Source of the DNA: Pseudomonadota bacterium
GTDB taxonomy: Bacteria > Pseudomonadota > Gammaproteobacteria > Burkholderiales > Thiobacteraceae
Reading direction: 5' to 3'
Length of the DNA stretch: 64,000 nt
NCBI GenBank assembly: GCA_021812385.1
Contig: JAKANO010000007.1
Span: 12,512-76,511 of the forward strand
Positions 48,447-59,489 of this stretch are shown here, piece by piece. The position numbers were made by a program, and so were the translations under genes. Within the stretch, counting starts at the first letter, position 1. Every line of letters starts with the position of its first letter. Under the pieces are notes generated by a model. That model did not search any database. It worked only from the letters and a program-made list of their open reading frames with translations, and was not told where the DNA came from.

Positions 48447-48806
48447 TTATGTTTTGTTTTTGAGCCTATCTTTGAGATCGGCAAACGGATTAAAAGTTGC
48501 AGAGCTTACGGCATTGCCAGTATCCGTGCGGCCTTCCGCATCCTTTAGCTTCGAGTGCTCATTCTCGTGGCAGTAGGTGCACAGCAGCTCCCAATTACTG
48601 CCATCAGCGGGGTTGTCATTGTGATTGTTATTCTTGTGATGCACTTCCAGCAGTTGCAATGTCTTGTGGTCGAAAGTGCGCGCACAGCGCCCGCACACCC
48701 AGGGGTAGAGCTTCAGCGCTTGCTCGCGATAACCCTCCGCACGCTTGTCTGCGTTGAGCCGCGCTTCACGTATCACTTGATCTAATTTACTTGGTTCTTT
48801 TGCCAT
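48447..48806 (-). CDS. yajD: YajD-family HNH endonuclease
   Basis: Start at MAKEPSKLDQ (ATG 48806). LEVHHKNNNHNDN...WELLCTYCHENEH. The longer track ORF has an Arg/Cys-rich, implausible N-terminus. Confidence 0.85.
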   Translation of the reverse strand: MAKEPSKLDQVIREARLNADKRAEGYREQALKLYPWVCGRCARTFDHKTLQLLEVHHKNNNHNDNPADGSNWELLCTYCHENEHSKLKDAEGRTDTGNAVSSATFNPFADLKDRLKNKT

Positions 48807-48831
48807 GAGGGCCCCGCTCGTCTTGGATGAT

Positions 48832-49980
48832 TTAATCGCTTTTCTCAGTTGCAATTTTATCCGCAATCGCGAGCCGCCACAGCGAGGTGATCTCTGCCGC
48901 GCGCGCCGTGTGCAGCGGGTCGGTCTCATCGGCGGCGCGCGGGTGCGTTGGCCGCACATCCATGCGCTCCACGACCTTCAAGCTTGCGGCTTGGATCGCC
49001 GCCAGCAGTTCATCCCGTGAGCGCAAGCCTAAGTGCTCGGCGAGATCGGACAGGATGAGCCAGCCTTCACCCTTGGGTGTGAGATGCGCGGCCAGGCCGC
49101 TGAGAAATCCGTGCAGCATGCGGCTCTCATGATCATATACCGCGTGCTCGATAGGCGAGCTAGGCCGCGCCGGGATCCACGGCGGGTTGCACACCACCAG
49201 CGGTGCTTGCCCTTCGGGAAACAAGTCCGTTTGCACTATCTCCACCCGCTCGGCTAGGCCAAGCCGCGCAATATTTTCTTTGGCGCACGCCAGCGCGCGC
49301 GGGTCTTGATCGGTGGCCACCACATGCGCCACGCCGCGATGCGCCAGCAGGGCCGCGATTACGCCGGTGCCGGTACCGATATCAAAGGCCAGCGTCGTGG
49401 CCGGCAACGGCGCTTTGGCCACCAGCCCCAAATACTCGCCGCGCACCGGCGAATACACGCCGTAATGGGGGTGGATGCGCGCGCCTAGGAAGGGAATCTC
49501 AATGCCTTTCTTGCGCCACTCGTGCGCGCCGACGATGCCCAACAATTCGCGCAGCGAAGTGACGGACGCTTCGCCGCCGGCACCATAGGCTTCCTCACAG
49601 GCTTGGCGCAGATCGGGCGCGCGCCGCAGCGGGATGCTGAAATCGCTTTCCAGCGGGATCAGCAGCATGGACAAAGTGCGGGCACGTTGCGACTGCGCTT
49701 GACGATGAAAATTGAAAACCTCTTGCGGCGACGGGGCCGGCTTAGGCGCTTTGCGGTCGGCGCGCCGCGCCATCGCTTGCAGCAATTGGCGCGCATTTTG
49801 AAAATCGCCGCGCCACAGCAGGGCGGTGCCTTCGCTGGCCAGGCGAAAAGCGGCGTCGGCCTTCATTTGATCATCGGCGATGACGACACGCTTGGGCGGC
49901 AAGGCTCCGCGCTCCGAGCGCCACAGGGCGGTGTGAATCTCGTCTGCCTCGGTCCAACTGATTACGGGCTGTGCACTCAC
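48832..49980 (-). CDS. class I SAM-dependent methyltransferase with NPPW motif and a ~190 aa N-terminal extension
   Basis: Motif I FDIGTGTGV and motif IV VVCNPPWIP (amino-group MTase type: N6-adenine / N5-glutamine / rRNA guanine-N2). Confidence 0.8.
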   Translation of the reverse strand: MSAQPVISWTEADEIHTALWRSERGALPPKRVVIADDQMKADAAFRLASEGTALLWRGDFQNARQLLQAMARRADRKAPKPAPSPQEVFNFHRQAQSQRARTLSMLLIPLESDFSIPLRRAPDLRQACEEAYGAGGEASVTSLRELLGIVGAHEWRKKGIEIPFLGARIHPHYGVYSPVRGEYLGLVAKAPLPATTLAFDIGTGTGVIAALLAHRGVAHVVATDQDPRALACAKENIARLGLAERVEIVQTDLFPEGQAPLVVCNPPWIPARPSSPIEHAVYDHESRMLHGFLSGLAAHLTPKGEGWLILSDLAEHLGLRSRDELLAAIQAASLKVVERMDVRPTHPRAADETDPLHTARAAEITSLWRLAIADKIATEKSD

Positions 49981-50030
49981 GGGGATACCTTAGGTTGGCA
50001 GAAAGCAAGATATTGCATGTATCAAATGTG

Positions 50031-50384
50031 TTAAACCAGGACCTGGCGCGTCTCTTGAAAAAAGCGGTGGATCTGCTGCTCGATGCGCGGATCGAGCAGC
50101 ACTTCGGGGCGTTTGCCATTGGGGCAGGCAAGTCGTGGCGTGGTTCCGAAGAGGCGGCAGATCAGCGGGCGCTCGGCGTAAACCTGGCAGCCGTTTTTGC
50201 CCAAGTGCGGGCAGCTGAGATCGGCCAGCGCCGCCGCATGTTCCGCTTCGCTTTTAACCGGCAGCCGCGCCATCTCTTCGCTGGAAGTGGTCACCGGCCC
50301 ACAGCAATCATGGCAACCGGGAATGCACGCGAAGCTGGGAATGTGCTCCCTGAAGAAGCGGATTTTTTGGCTGTTATGGGTCAT
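50031..50384 (-). CDS. YkgJ-family cysteine-cluster protein
   Basis: 117 aa, CIPGCHDCCGP...CPHLGKNGCQVYAERPLICRLFG. Confidence 0.8.
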   Translation of the reverse strand: MTHNSQKIRFFREHIPSFACIPGCHDCCGPVTTSSEEMARLPVKSEAEHAAALADLSCPHLGKNGCQVYAERPLICRLFGTTPRLACPNGKRPEVLLDPRIEQQIHRFFQETRQVLV

Positions 50385-50452
50385 GGGATGTCGTCATTTG
50401 CCCGGGTAGCGAGCCGTACGCCGATTGCGGCTAGGCGCCAATGATAGGGCAG

Positions 50453-50980
50453 TTAGCGGCAGCGCGTCACTTCGTTATTGGCAAGTTGGCGTACGTAAGC
50501 GCCCGCTTCGCGGCTGATGCGGAATACATTGAGCGTGCATCCGCCGTCGTATTGCTCGATCTGCACTTCGTAATTCATGCCTTGCTTGGGATGGAACACG
50601 AAGCGTTTACTGCATTGCGCATAGGCCCAACTGACCCCGTTGGGCCCGGGTGCCGCGGCGGCTTGCATTTGCGCGGCAAATGCTTGGCCGCTGCGGATGG
50701 TGATTTCGCTAGAGCTGGCTTTGGGGATTAAATCGCCCAGCGGCATGCCGACGCTGCGGCCTTGTCCGGTTTCGTTGTGCACGGCTTGCCCGACGATGGC
50801 AATCTTTTTGCCGAGGGCGCTGTCGCAGCGCGGCTTATCCAGTTCGTGAATTTCAGTTTTATTGCCGGGCAGGGTGTAGAAACGTAGATTGGCCGTCGGG
50901 CCGGTGAGCGGAGGTAAGTAATTCGCGCAGCCTTGCAGGGCGAGGATGAGGCATACGAGAGCGAGTTGTGTTGAGCGCAT
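50453..50980 (-). CDS. hypothetical lipoprotein
   Basis: Lipobox LILALQGC at the N-terminus. 175 aa, no other motif. Confidence 0.6.
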   Translation of the reverse strand: MRSTQLALVCLILALQGCANYLPPLTGPTANLRFYTLPGNKTEIHELDKPRCDSALGKKIAIVGQAVHNETGQGRSVGMPLGDLIPKASSSEITIRSGQAFAAQMQAAAAPGPNGVSWAYAQCSKRFVFHPKQGMNYEVQIEQYDGGCTLNVFRISREAGAYVRQLANNEVTRCR

Positions 50981-51291
50981 ACAGACTCAGGATCATTCCA
51001 ACTAAAATAACTTGGGAATAACTATACGTTGGTTCAACCTAATTCAAGATTACCAAATCCAACTAAGTGTGCAAACTGACGATTTGTGATATAGCGAGGA
51101 ATATGGCAAATGAAGGTTGGTTTGCCAATCCGGGCAGCGTAAGGCTTAGGGGCGATTCGGTTGCCGCTGCGCGACTTTTATTATAATGGCGCGACCAGTA
51201 GTGTGCGGCGCGAAAGACGAATTCGGTTCATGCGGCCGGCGCCACCCCCCCGTTAGTTGACGGGCAATGAGGCATGGATGCCTATTTGCGA

Positions 51292-51999
51292 TCAAAAACT
51301 CGCGGTAATGTTTACGGCTCCGTAGCCTCCGGTTTGGTCGTTGCGTGCGTTGTCGCCTTCGGCATTGCGGTATCCAGCGGAGAAAGACAGGATGAGGGAT
51401 TTCGAGATAGGCGTATTCAGAAAGAGGCCATATCGGGCTTCGTCATATTCTTTGTTGCCGCCGAGAATGACTTCCGGTCCGACAGTAATGCTGCCGAAGG
51501 CATAGCCGACGCGGCCGCGCGCCCAGTAGGCGTCAAATGCGGTGCTGTATTTTCCGATCAGTGAGCCATACAAAGGTGAGCCCAGCGTTTCGTATTCAGC
51601 CTGGATCGCAGCCCCAGTCTTGGAGCCGTTTACTTCGTTGCTGGTATCGTTGGGGCTTAGATTGTGATCCTGGTAATCGACGCCGCCGTAGAGAGAAACA
51701 CGATTTCCTGGGTTGACCCACTGATAGCCGACCCCGAGTTCGCCACCGAAGGCTCGGCCATCTACGTTACCCCCCACAACTGCGGTAGTGCCGTAGTCAT
51801 ACTCGCCATAGGAAAGCATGCCGCGCAACAGAAGACCACTTTTGGACAGATCGCCATTCATCGCCTTAACGCCACCGATATAGCCAAAGGTGGAATTGTT
51901 GGCGGCGCTTACGCCGGTAAACACCGCGGTGTCCGCAGCGTTGGCTTGTCCGATTATCAAGAGGAATAAAGCAACGATGGAAAATTGTGTAAGCTTCAT
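51292..51999 (-). CDS. outer-membrane beta-barrel protein, BcsS-like
   Basis: Signal peptide ending ANA-AD. Alternating beta-strand pattern and terminal aromatic F. GYIGGVKAM...LLLRGMLSYGEYDYG resembles my recollection of BcsS. Directly downstream of the GT2 synthase. Confidence 0.55.
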   Translation of the reverse strand: MKLTQFSIVALFLLIIGQANAADTAVFTGVSAANNSTFGYIGGVKAMNGDLSKSGLLLRGMLSYGEYDYGTTAVVGGNVDGRAFGGELGVGYQWVNPGNRVSLYGGVDYQDHNLSPNDTSNEVNGSKTGAAIQAEYETLGSPLYGSLIGKYSTAFDAYWARGRVGYAFGSITVGPEVILGGNKEYDEARYGLFLNTPISKSLILSFSAGYRNAEGDNARNDQTGGYGAVNITASF

Positions 52000-52038
52000 G
52001 AGAGACCCTATTCGTGAGCAGACTGGTTGTGACGTTGT

Positions 52039-54282
52039 TTATATTTTAATTATAGCAAGATAACGATGAAACATTTTGCCGTTTAGGCCAGGGTGTGGCA
52101 ATGACGCGATGGGGAGTTCGGCTTTAATCCTGAGTTGTTTAGTGCCCTTTGTTCCCGCTAGTGCGAATGCATAGGTTGTTTCCTTGGATAGCGGAGTAAA
52201 GCCAATTACTTCAAAAAAATGGGGATGTTCCGTTGAGTTTGATACGAGTAGCGGAACCATATTTAGCGGTGCATCGGTTTGGTGTAACAATCCGGCATCC
52301 CAGTGCCGCCTGGGTTCCACGCCCGACAAGCGCAGGCCGAACAGGCGGCCGAGGGCATCCGAGGGTGTTAAAAAGTAAGCATGGTGGTGTTGCAGTTCTC
52401 GTTGCCAACCTATCGAATAGAGCGTGGCTGCTAAGCGATCCCGTTCCTTCTCATCGACCCAGACGAAGTTTCCCTCCACGCACTCCGCTCCCCGATGGGT
52501 CACTTCAATGGTGCAAGAGAGCGGACCATCCGGCAGGTGCAATGTGAACGGCAGCACATTAGCGGTGGGGATTGAATGCAATGGCAAAGTCAAACGAACC
52601 CAATCTTCGGCGACTGACAGGGTTTGCCCGGTGCCGGTAGTCAGTGTGATAGGCAAGGGGAGATCGAAGCGGAAAAAAGCATGAGAATACCATGCGTTAC
52701 TGACCGCTTTGGCGGTGAACCCTATCGCACGAACCATATTGAACAGGGCCCAGAAGCCTGCAATGGCAACTAGATCGGCAGAGTATCCCGGCGTTAGAGT
52801 GTCAAATAGCACTTCTGGTGCAAGGCGACCGCTACGAAAAAAGACACCCAAGGCATGCGCGAGCGGGCCAACGACAAAGTTCTTATGCAGTCGCCAAGCG
52901 GCATAAGCTAAGGCCAAGGCGCTTAGGGTGAACAGCGTTAGTTGTGGCGACATCAGGCGCCAACTGACCTGACCCTGAATATTTTTGGCCGAGGACTTCC
53001 AGCGTAGTTTCTTGCCCACCAGTGCGGCAGCAGCTGCCAGATGCATGGGCCATCGCGCCATTGCATACAGTTCGTTGACCCAGAAGCGGCTGAAGCCGCA
53101 GCCGAATTCCTGTAATAATAAGTGGCTGATGATGGGGTAACACAGCACGACGAGCACGTTAAAAATACTGATTTGGAACGGTGCCCATCCCAGCACCAGC
53201 GCACAAAGCGGCACCATAAACAGCAATAGTTGTTGCCAGCCCTCGAGATAAATGAGTCCCAGCGATAGATAAGATAAGCGCTGTTTGGGCGTGAGCCCGC
53301 TGCAAGTGAAGATACGTTCGTGCTTGAGCGCAGCCAGGTTTCCGTGTGCCCAGCGGTGCCTGGTTTTATAGAATTCTCCCAGGTCGGCTGCGGCAATGCC
53401 ATAGGCCACGGGTTCGTTGAGGAAGCGTGTTTGCCAGCCTTGCTTGTGGAACTTGAGCGAAGTATGAAAATCTTCGGTGATGGTGTCGACCGGGATTCCG
53501 CCGATGGCATCGAGTGCGCTGCGCCGATAGAGCACGCCGGTGCCGACGCAGGTGGAGGCATTGCAACTATCGCGGCATGACTGCGATAGGTTGTGGAAGT
53601 AGGAGCCTTCATGCCATAAGCCGGACTGCTTGCGCGGGTTGAGATATTGAAAGGCATTGATGTTGTAGTAGTCTTGCGGCGCTTGCACCATGGCCACGCG
53701 TTCATCGGTTATGAGTCCGAGCAAAAGGTCGAGCGCATGCGGCTGGGCAATGTGATCGGCGTCGAACACGGCAACGAAATCCGCTTTGCTATGTTGCAGC
53801 CCGTGATTGAGGTTGCCGGCCTTGGCATTTTTGTTGATCTGTCTCGCCGAGTAGTGCACGCCCAAGGTGCGGGCCATTTCCGCGACTTCTGGTCGATTGG
53901 CGTCATCGAGTACCCAGGTCTGGTGCGGGTAGAGGATGTTGCGTGCCGCCATCACTGTGCGTCGAATAACGTGCAGCGGTTCTTTGTAAGTAGGAATCAG
54001 CACATCCACATTGAGGCCCGGTGTGGCCTGTTTCGGTTCGCGGTGTGTGTAGCGCCAGGCACCAAAGATAATGGTGAGGCCAAGGATAAAACCTATCCAC
54101 TCTGCCGCGTAAAATGCGGACGAAACCAAGAGCGAGTAGGGGTTAAGAATGCTGAATCGCCAAGACAGGTATATTAATGAGCCGGCCACATAGGCGATGG
54201 CGATCGCTTTTCGTAGGTTTCGCCGGCGATTGAAACGCGTATCAATTTGCCTTGAAACAGAGAAATGGGGTACTGAGTTCAT
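52039..54282 (-). CDS. cellulose synthase-like family 2 glycosyltransferase (BcsA-like) with C-terminal beta-rich domain
   Basis: 747 aa. VLIPTYKEP, VLDDAN, FDADH, TITEDFHTS and RHRWAHGN (QxxRW-type) motifs, with flanking TM segments. Confidence 0.8.
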   Translation of the reverse strand: MNSVPHFSVSRQIDTRFNRRRNLRKAIAIAYVAGSLIYLSWRFSILNPYSLLVSSAFYAAEWIGFILGLTIIFGAWRYTHREPKQATPGLNVDVLIPTYKEPLHVIRRTVMAARNILYPHQTWVLDDANRPEVAEMARTLGVHYSARQINKNAKAGNLNHGLQHSKADFVAVFDADHIAQPHALDLLLGLITDERVAMVQAPQDYYNINAFQYLNPRKQSGLWHEGSYFHNLSQSCRDSCNASTCVGTGVLYRRSALDAIGGIPVDTITEDFHTSLKFHKQGWQTRFLNEPVAYGIAAADLGEFYKTRHRWAHGNLAALKHERIFTCSGLTPKQRLSYLSLGLIYLEGWQQLLLFMVPLCALVLGWAPFQISIFNVLVVLCYPIISHLLLQEFGCGFSRFWVNELYAMARWPMHLAAAAALVGKKLRWKSSAKNIQGQVSWRLMSPQLTLFTLSALALAYAAWRLHKNFVVGPLAHALGVFFRSGRLAPEVLFDTLTPGYSADLVAIAGFWALFNMVRAIGFTAKAVSNAWYSHAFFRFDLPLPITLTTGTGQTLSVAEDWVRLTLPLHSIPTANVLPFTLHLPDGPLSCTIEVTHRGAECVEGNFVWVDEKERDRLAATLYSIGWQRELQHHHAYFLTPSDALGRLFGLRLSGVEPRRHWDAGLLHQTDAPLNMVPLLVSNSTEHPHFFEVIGFTPLSKETTYAFALAGTKGTKQLRIKAELPIASLPHPGLNGKMFHRYLAIIKI

Positions 54283-54333
54283 ATAGGATGGGCGTCGGCG
54301 CTGCTGCTTCGGAAGGCGTATAACGCCGGCGAT

Positions 54334-54362
54334 AAAAAAGCGGCCACGTGGGCCGCTTTTTT
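54334..54362. terminator. bidirectional Rho-independent terminator after fba
   Basis: aaaaaagcggccacgtgggccgctttttt. A perfect GC stem flanked by an A-run and a T-run. Confidence 0.8.
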
Positions 54363-54379
54363 ACGATTAAGACTGAAAA

Positions 54380-55447
54380 TTAATTAACCTTCGGATCGAG
54401 TTCGCCCTTGTCGTAGCGCTTCTGCATTTCTTCCAGGTTGAACACCTTTTTGATCTTGCTGGCTTGACCGGCCGCGCCGAAGGCTTCGTAACGGTTTTTG
54501 CAAATATCGCTCATGCCCTTGGTGGCTTCCTTGAGGAATTTGCGCGGGTCGAAGTTGGATTTGTTTTCCGCCAAATGCTTGCGGATGGCGCCGGTGGAAG
54601 CCATACGCAGGTCGGTGTCGATGTTGACTTTGCGCACGCCGTTCTTGATGCCTTCGACGATTTCGGAAACCGGCACGCCGTAGGTCTGGCCCATGTCGCC
54701 GCCGTAGCTGTTGATGATGGCGAGCCAATCTTCCGGCACGGAAGAGGAGCCGTGCATCACCAAGTGCACGCTGGGGATGCGCGCGTGGATTTCTTTCACG
54801 CGGTCGATGCGCAGCACTTTGCCGGTGGGCTTCTGGGTGAATTTGTAAGCGCCGTGGGAGGTGCCGATGGCGATGGCCAAGGCGTCCACTTTGGTCTTGG
54901 TCACGAAATCGGCGGCTTCATCCGGGTCGGTCAGCAACTGGCTGTGATCCAGTTTGCCTTCGGCGCCGTGGCCGTCTTCTTCACCTGCCATGCCGGTCTC
55001 GAGCGAACCCAAGCAACCCAGCTCGCCTTCCACGGACACGCCGCAGGCATGCGCCAGTTCGGCTACTTTAGCGGTGGTGGCAACGTTGTACTCGTAGGAA
55101 GCCGGGGTCTTGGCGTCTTCTTTCAGCGAGCCGTCCATCATCACCGAGCTGAAGCCGGATTGAATAGAGCGGAAGCAAATGCTCGGCGAAGCGCCGTGAT
55201 CTTGGTGCATACACACCGGAATCTGCGGGTACATTTCAATTGCGGCCAGGATCAGGTGGCGCAAGAAAGGTTCGCCGGCGTAAGAACGCGCACCAGCGGA
55301 GCCTTGCAGAATCACCGGGCTGTCGACAGCAGCGGCGGCTTCCATGATTGCTTTCACTTGTTCCATATTGTTAACGTTAAAAGCCGGCAAGCCGTAGCCG
55401 TTTTCGGCGGCGTGATCGAGCAACTGACGCAGGGATATTAAAGCCAT
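54380..55447 (-). CDS. fba: class II fructose-bisphosphate aldolase (Calvin-cycle type)
   Basis: 355 aa, [35 protein letters not shown]-equivalent MHQDHG. Confidence 0.95.
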   Translation of the reverse strand: MALISLRQLLDHAAENGYGLPAFNVNNMEQVKAIMEAAAAVDSPVILQGSAGARSYAGEPFLRHLILAAIEMYPQIPVCMHQDHGASPSICFRSIQSGFSSVMMDGSLKEDAKTPASYEYNVATTAKVAELAHACGVSVEGELGCLGSLETGMAGEEDGHGAEGKLDHSQLLTDPDEAADFVTKTKVDALAIAIGTSHGAYKFTQKPTGKVLRIDRVKEIHARIPSVHLVMHGSSSVPEDWLAIINSYGGDMGQTYGVPVSEIVEGIKNGVRKVNIDTDLRMASTGAIRKHLAENKSNFDPRKFLKEATKGMSDICKNRYEAFGAAGQASKIKKVFNLEEMQKRYDKGELDPKVN

Positions 55448-55519
55448 GACACTCTCCTTAAATAAAAACTCAACAATCGATTCAAGCTACCGGGCAGTGA
55501 CAGCCCGCCCAAAGCCATA

Positions 55520-56953
55520 TTATTTCTTATGATCCCCTACCCTTACTATCTTCATGGTATTGGTGCCACCGGTTTTGCCGATGGATTCGCCGAAGGTCAG
55601 CAGGATCAGATCGCCATCGCGCACCGCGCCACGGCGCCGCAATTCGTCTTCTGCTTCGATCAAAAGCTGCTCCCGGTCCGAGGTCGTGCTCTTGAAGTTG
55701 ACCGGGTATACGCCGCGGAACAGGGTCAACTTTCTACGGGTTTCGACTTCCGGTGTCAAGGCGTAGATCGGCACATCGGTATTCATGCGCGACATCCACA
55801 GCGTGGTGGAACCGGACTGCGTCAGCGCGGCAATCGCCTTGATGTCGATATGCACCGCGGTGAACATGGCCGACATGGCAATCGCTTCGTCGGCCCGCGC
55901 GAAATCTTTTTGCACCGTGAATTGGCTCATGAACGCGGTGTCGGATTCCTTCTCGGCCTCGGTGCAAATGCGATCCATGGCGGCGATGGTTTCGATCGGA
56001 TATTGGCCGGCGGCGGTTTCCGCCGACAGCATCACTGCATCGGTGCCGTCGAGCACGCCATTCGCCACGTCGGAGACTTCGGCGCGGGTCGGGATCGGGC
56101 TGCTGATCATGGATTCCATCATCTGCGTGGCGATGATGGCGAGTTTGTTTTTTTGGCGCGCGATGCGAATCATCTTTTTTTGCAGGCCCGGCACGGCGGC
56201 ATCGCCGACTTCCACGCCCAAGTCGCCGCGCGCCACCATGATGGCGTCGGAGGCATCGATAATTTCATCCAGCGCAGCGATGGCCTCGGCGCGCTCGATT
56301 TTGGCGATGAGCAAGCCCTTGCCGCCGGCAGCGCGCAATAAGGTGCGGGCGGTTTCCATGTCGGCGCCGCAACGCGGGAAGGACACCGCGATATAGTCTG
56401 CCTTGAAGGCGGCGGCGGTCTTGATGTCTTCGATATCTTTTTCGGTGAGCGCCGGCGCGGATAAGCCGCCGCCCTGGCGGTTGATGCCCTTGTTGTCGGA
56501 CAGCGTGCCGCCTTGCAGCACTTTGCACACGATCTCCGCGCCTTTGACTTCTTCCACCCACATGGTGATGCGGCCGTCGTCCAGCAGCAGGGTCGCGCCG
56601 CGCGCCACGTCGTTGGGCAGCTCTTTGTAATCGAGGCCGACGCGTTCTTGATTGCCGAGTTTGCAATTGGCGTCGAGGATGAAGCGGTCGTCGCGCTCCA
56701 GTTGAATTTTTTTGTTTTCGAATTTGCCGATGCGGATTTTCGGGCCTTGCAGATCGGCCAGTACGCCCACGGTTTTGCCGCGCGCGCGGCCTAAAGAGCG
56801 CACCATTTCTGCGCGGCGGATATGATCCTCTGCGGTACCGTGCGAGAAATTCAGTCGCACTACATCGAGGCCGGCGGCAATCATTTGATCCAGGATATTC
56901 GGGTCATCCGAAGCTGGGCCGAGGGTTGCGACAATCTTTGTTCTACGTGGCAT
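55520..56953 (-). CDS. pyk: pyruvate kinase
   Basis: 477 aa, RRTKIVATLGPAS, MVARGDLGVE. Confidence 0.95.
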   Translation of the reverse strand: MPRRTKIVATLGPASDDPNILDQMIAAGLDVVRLNFSHGTAEDHIRRAEMVRSLGRARGKTVGVLADLQGPKIRIGKFENKKIQLERDDRFILDANCKLGNQERVGLDYKELPNDVARGATLLLDDGRITMWVEEVKGAEIVCKVLQGGTLSDNKGINRQGGGLSAPALTEKDIEDIKTAAAFKADYIAVSFPRCGADMETARTLLRAAGGKGLLIAKIERAEAIAALDEIIDASDAIMVARGDLGVEVGDAAVPGLQKKMIRIARQKNKLAIIATQMMESMISSPIPTRAEVSDVANGVLDGTDAVMLSAETAAGQYPIETIAAMDRICTEAEKESDTAFMSQFTVQKDFARADEAIAMSAMFTAVHIDIKAIAALTQSGSTTLWMSRMNTDVPIYALTPEVETRRKLTLFRGVYPVNFKSTTSDREQLLIEAEDELRRRGAVRDGDLILLTFGESIGKTGGTNTMKIVRVGDHKK

Positions 56954-56960
56954 ATTTTCC

Positions 56961-57035
56961 GGTGAGAAGTGAGCAGTGAGCCGTAAACGGTAGATGATGA
57001 ACGGCGGCGCGATGAGCCTTTTTGCTCACCGCTTC
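56961..57035. repeat. tandem-unit hairpin element, GTGAGC type, degenerate right arm (E8)
   Basis: ggtgagaagtgagcagtgagc ... gctcaccgcttc. Fills the pgk-pyk gap. Only about 1.5 units are retained on the right. Confidence 0.5.
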
Positions 57036-57039
57036 CCGT

Positions 57040-58221
57040 TTATCCCTTCGCACGTTCTTCCAAAATGGCAACCGCCGGCAATTTCTTGCCTTCGAGGAAT
57101 TCCAGGAAGGCGCCGCCGGCGGTCGAGATATAAGAGACTTTGTCGTAAATGTCGTATTTCTGGATGGCGGCAATGGTGTCGCCGCCGCCCGCCAGGGTGA
57201 AGGCCTTGGTGTTGGCAATCGCCATGGCGATGGCTTTGGTGCCGGCGCCGAATTGATCGAACTCAAACACGCCGACCGGGCCATTCCACACCACGGTGCC
57301 GGCCTGCATGATGATGTCGACCAGCTCTTGCGCGCTCTTCGGGCCGATGTCGAAAATCATGTCGTCGTCGGCGACCGCGCCGGCGTCTTTCAATACCGCG
57401 GGTTCGTTGGCGTCGAATTTCTTGCCGCACACCACATCCACCGCGATGGGGATGGAGGCATTGCGCTTGGACATTTTCTCCATCAGCATTTTTGCGGTGG
57501 GCACTAAATCATCTTCGCACAAGGATTTGCCGACGTTCTTGCCGGTGGCCTTGAGGAAGGTGTTGGCGATGCCGCCGCCCACGACCATTTGGTCGACTTT
57601 TTCCGACAGCGCTTCGAGTACGGTGAGCTTGGTCGAAACTTTGGAACCGCCGACGATGGCGACCATCGGGCGCGCCGGGCTCAGCAGGGCCTTGGTCAGC
57701 GCGTCGAGCTCTTCCGTCAACAGAATGCCGGCGCAGGCCACCGGCGCATATTTGGCGATGCCGTGGGTGGAAGCTTGGGCGCGGTGCGCGGTGCCGAATG
57801 CATCCATCACGAACACGTCGCACAGCTTGGCGTATTTTTGCGCGGTCTCATCGACGTTTTTCTTTTCGCCCTTGTTGATGCGGCAGTTTTCCAGCACCAC
57901 CAGTTCGCCGGCGGCGACATCGAAGCCGCCTTCGACCCAATCCTTGACCAGGCGCACCGGCTTGCCCAAGCGCGCGGCGATGTTGTCAGCCACCGGCTTG
58001 AGCGAGTTTTCTTCCGACCACACCCCTTCTTCCGGGCGGCCCAGGTGCGAAGTCACCATGACTTTGGCGCCTTGTTTCAGGCAATGGTTGATGGTGGCCA
58101 TGGAGGCGGTGATGCGCGCATCGCTGGTGACTTTGCCGTCTTTGACGGGCACGTTGAGATCGGCGCGAATGAACACGCGCTTGCCTTTGAGGTCGAGATC
58201 GACGAGTTTGATAACGGACAT
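57040..58221 (-). CDS. pgk: phosphoglycerate kinase
   Basis: 393 aa, RADLNVP, SHLGRP, GGGDT. Confidence 0.96.
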   Translation of the reverse strand: MSVIKLVDLDLKGKRVFIRADLNVPVKDGKVTSDARITASMATINHCLKQGAKVMVTSHLGRPEEGVWSEENSLKPVADNIAARLGKPVRLVKDWVEGGFDVAAGELVVLENCRINKGEKKNVDETAQKYAKLCDVFVMDAFGTAHRAQASTHGIAKYAPVACAGILLTEELDALTKALLSPARPMVAIVGGSKVSTKLTVLEALSEKVDQMVVGGGIANTFLKATGKNVGKSLCEDDLVPTAKMLMEKMSKRNASIPIAVDVVCGKKFDANEPAVLKDAGAVADDDMIFDIGPKSAQELVDIIMQAGTVVWNGPVGVFEFDQFGAGTKAIAMAIANTKAFTLAGGGDTIAAIQKYDIYDKVSYISTAGGAFLEFLEGKKLPAVAILEERAKG

Positions 58222-58290
58222 GCTTCTCTCCTGATTTAGATAAGGTGTAAGAGATAGATTGGGGTCTATGTCTTACGCCTCATGGCATTA

Positions 58291-58382
58291 AGGGGTCGGG
58301 CGTCAGGCGACAGGCGTCAGGGGTAGTGCGGGCTGAGCCCGCGTTTTTCCTGACGCCTGAAGCCTGGCGCCCGTCGCCTGAC
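58291..58382. repeat. tandem-unit long hairpin element, GTCAGGC type (E9)
   Basis: ggggtcgggcgtcaggcgacaggcgtcagggg ... cctgacgcctgaagcctggcgcccgtcgcctgac. Hand-folding gives a stem of about 30 bp with few mismatches. The loop holds the mini-hairpin gcgggctgagcccgc. Abuts the gap stop codon. Confidence 0.8.
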
Positions 58383-59481
<1,099 letters not shown>

Positions 59482-59489
59482 ATTTGTAG

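Noticed and set aside
51000-51291. Possible c-di-GMP (GEMM-type) riboswitch in the AT-rich region near the BcsS-like/lipoprotein genes, prompted by ggcaaacc-like and gcgtaaggc-like strings.
   Set aside because: The order and orientation of the two motifs do not fit the GEMM-I consensus on either strand, and I could not draw the required helices. A covariance-model scan (Infernal/Rfam) would settle it.
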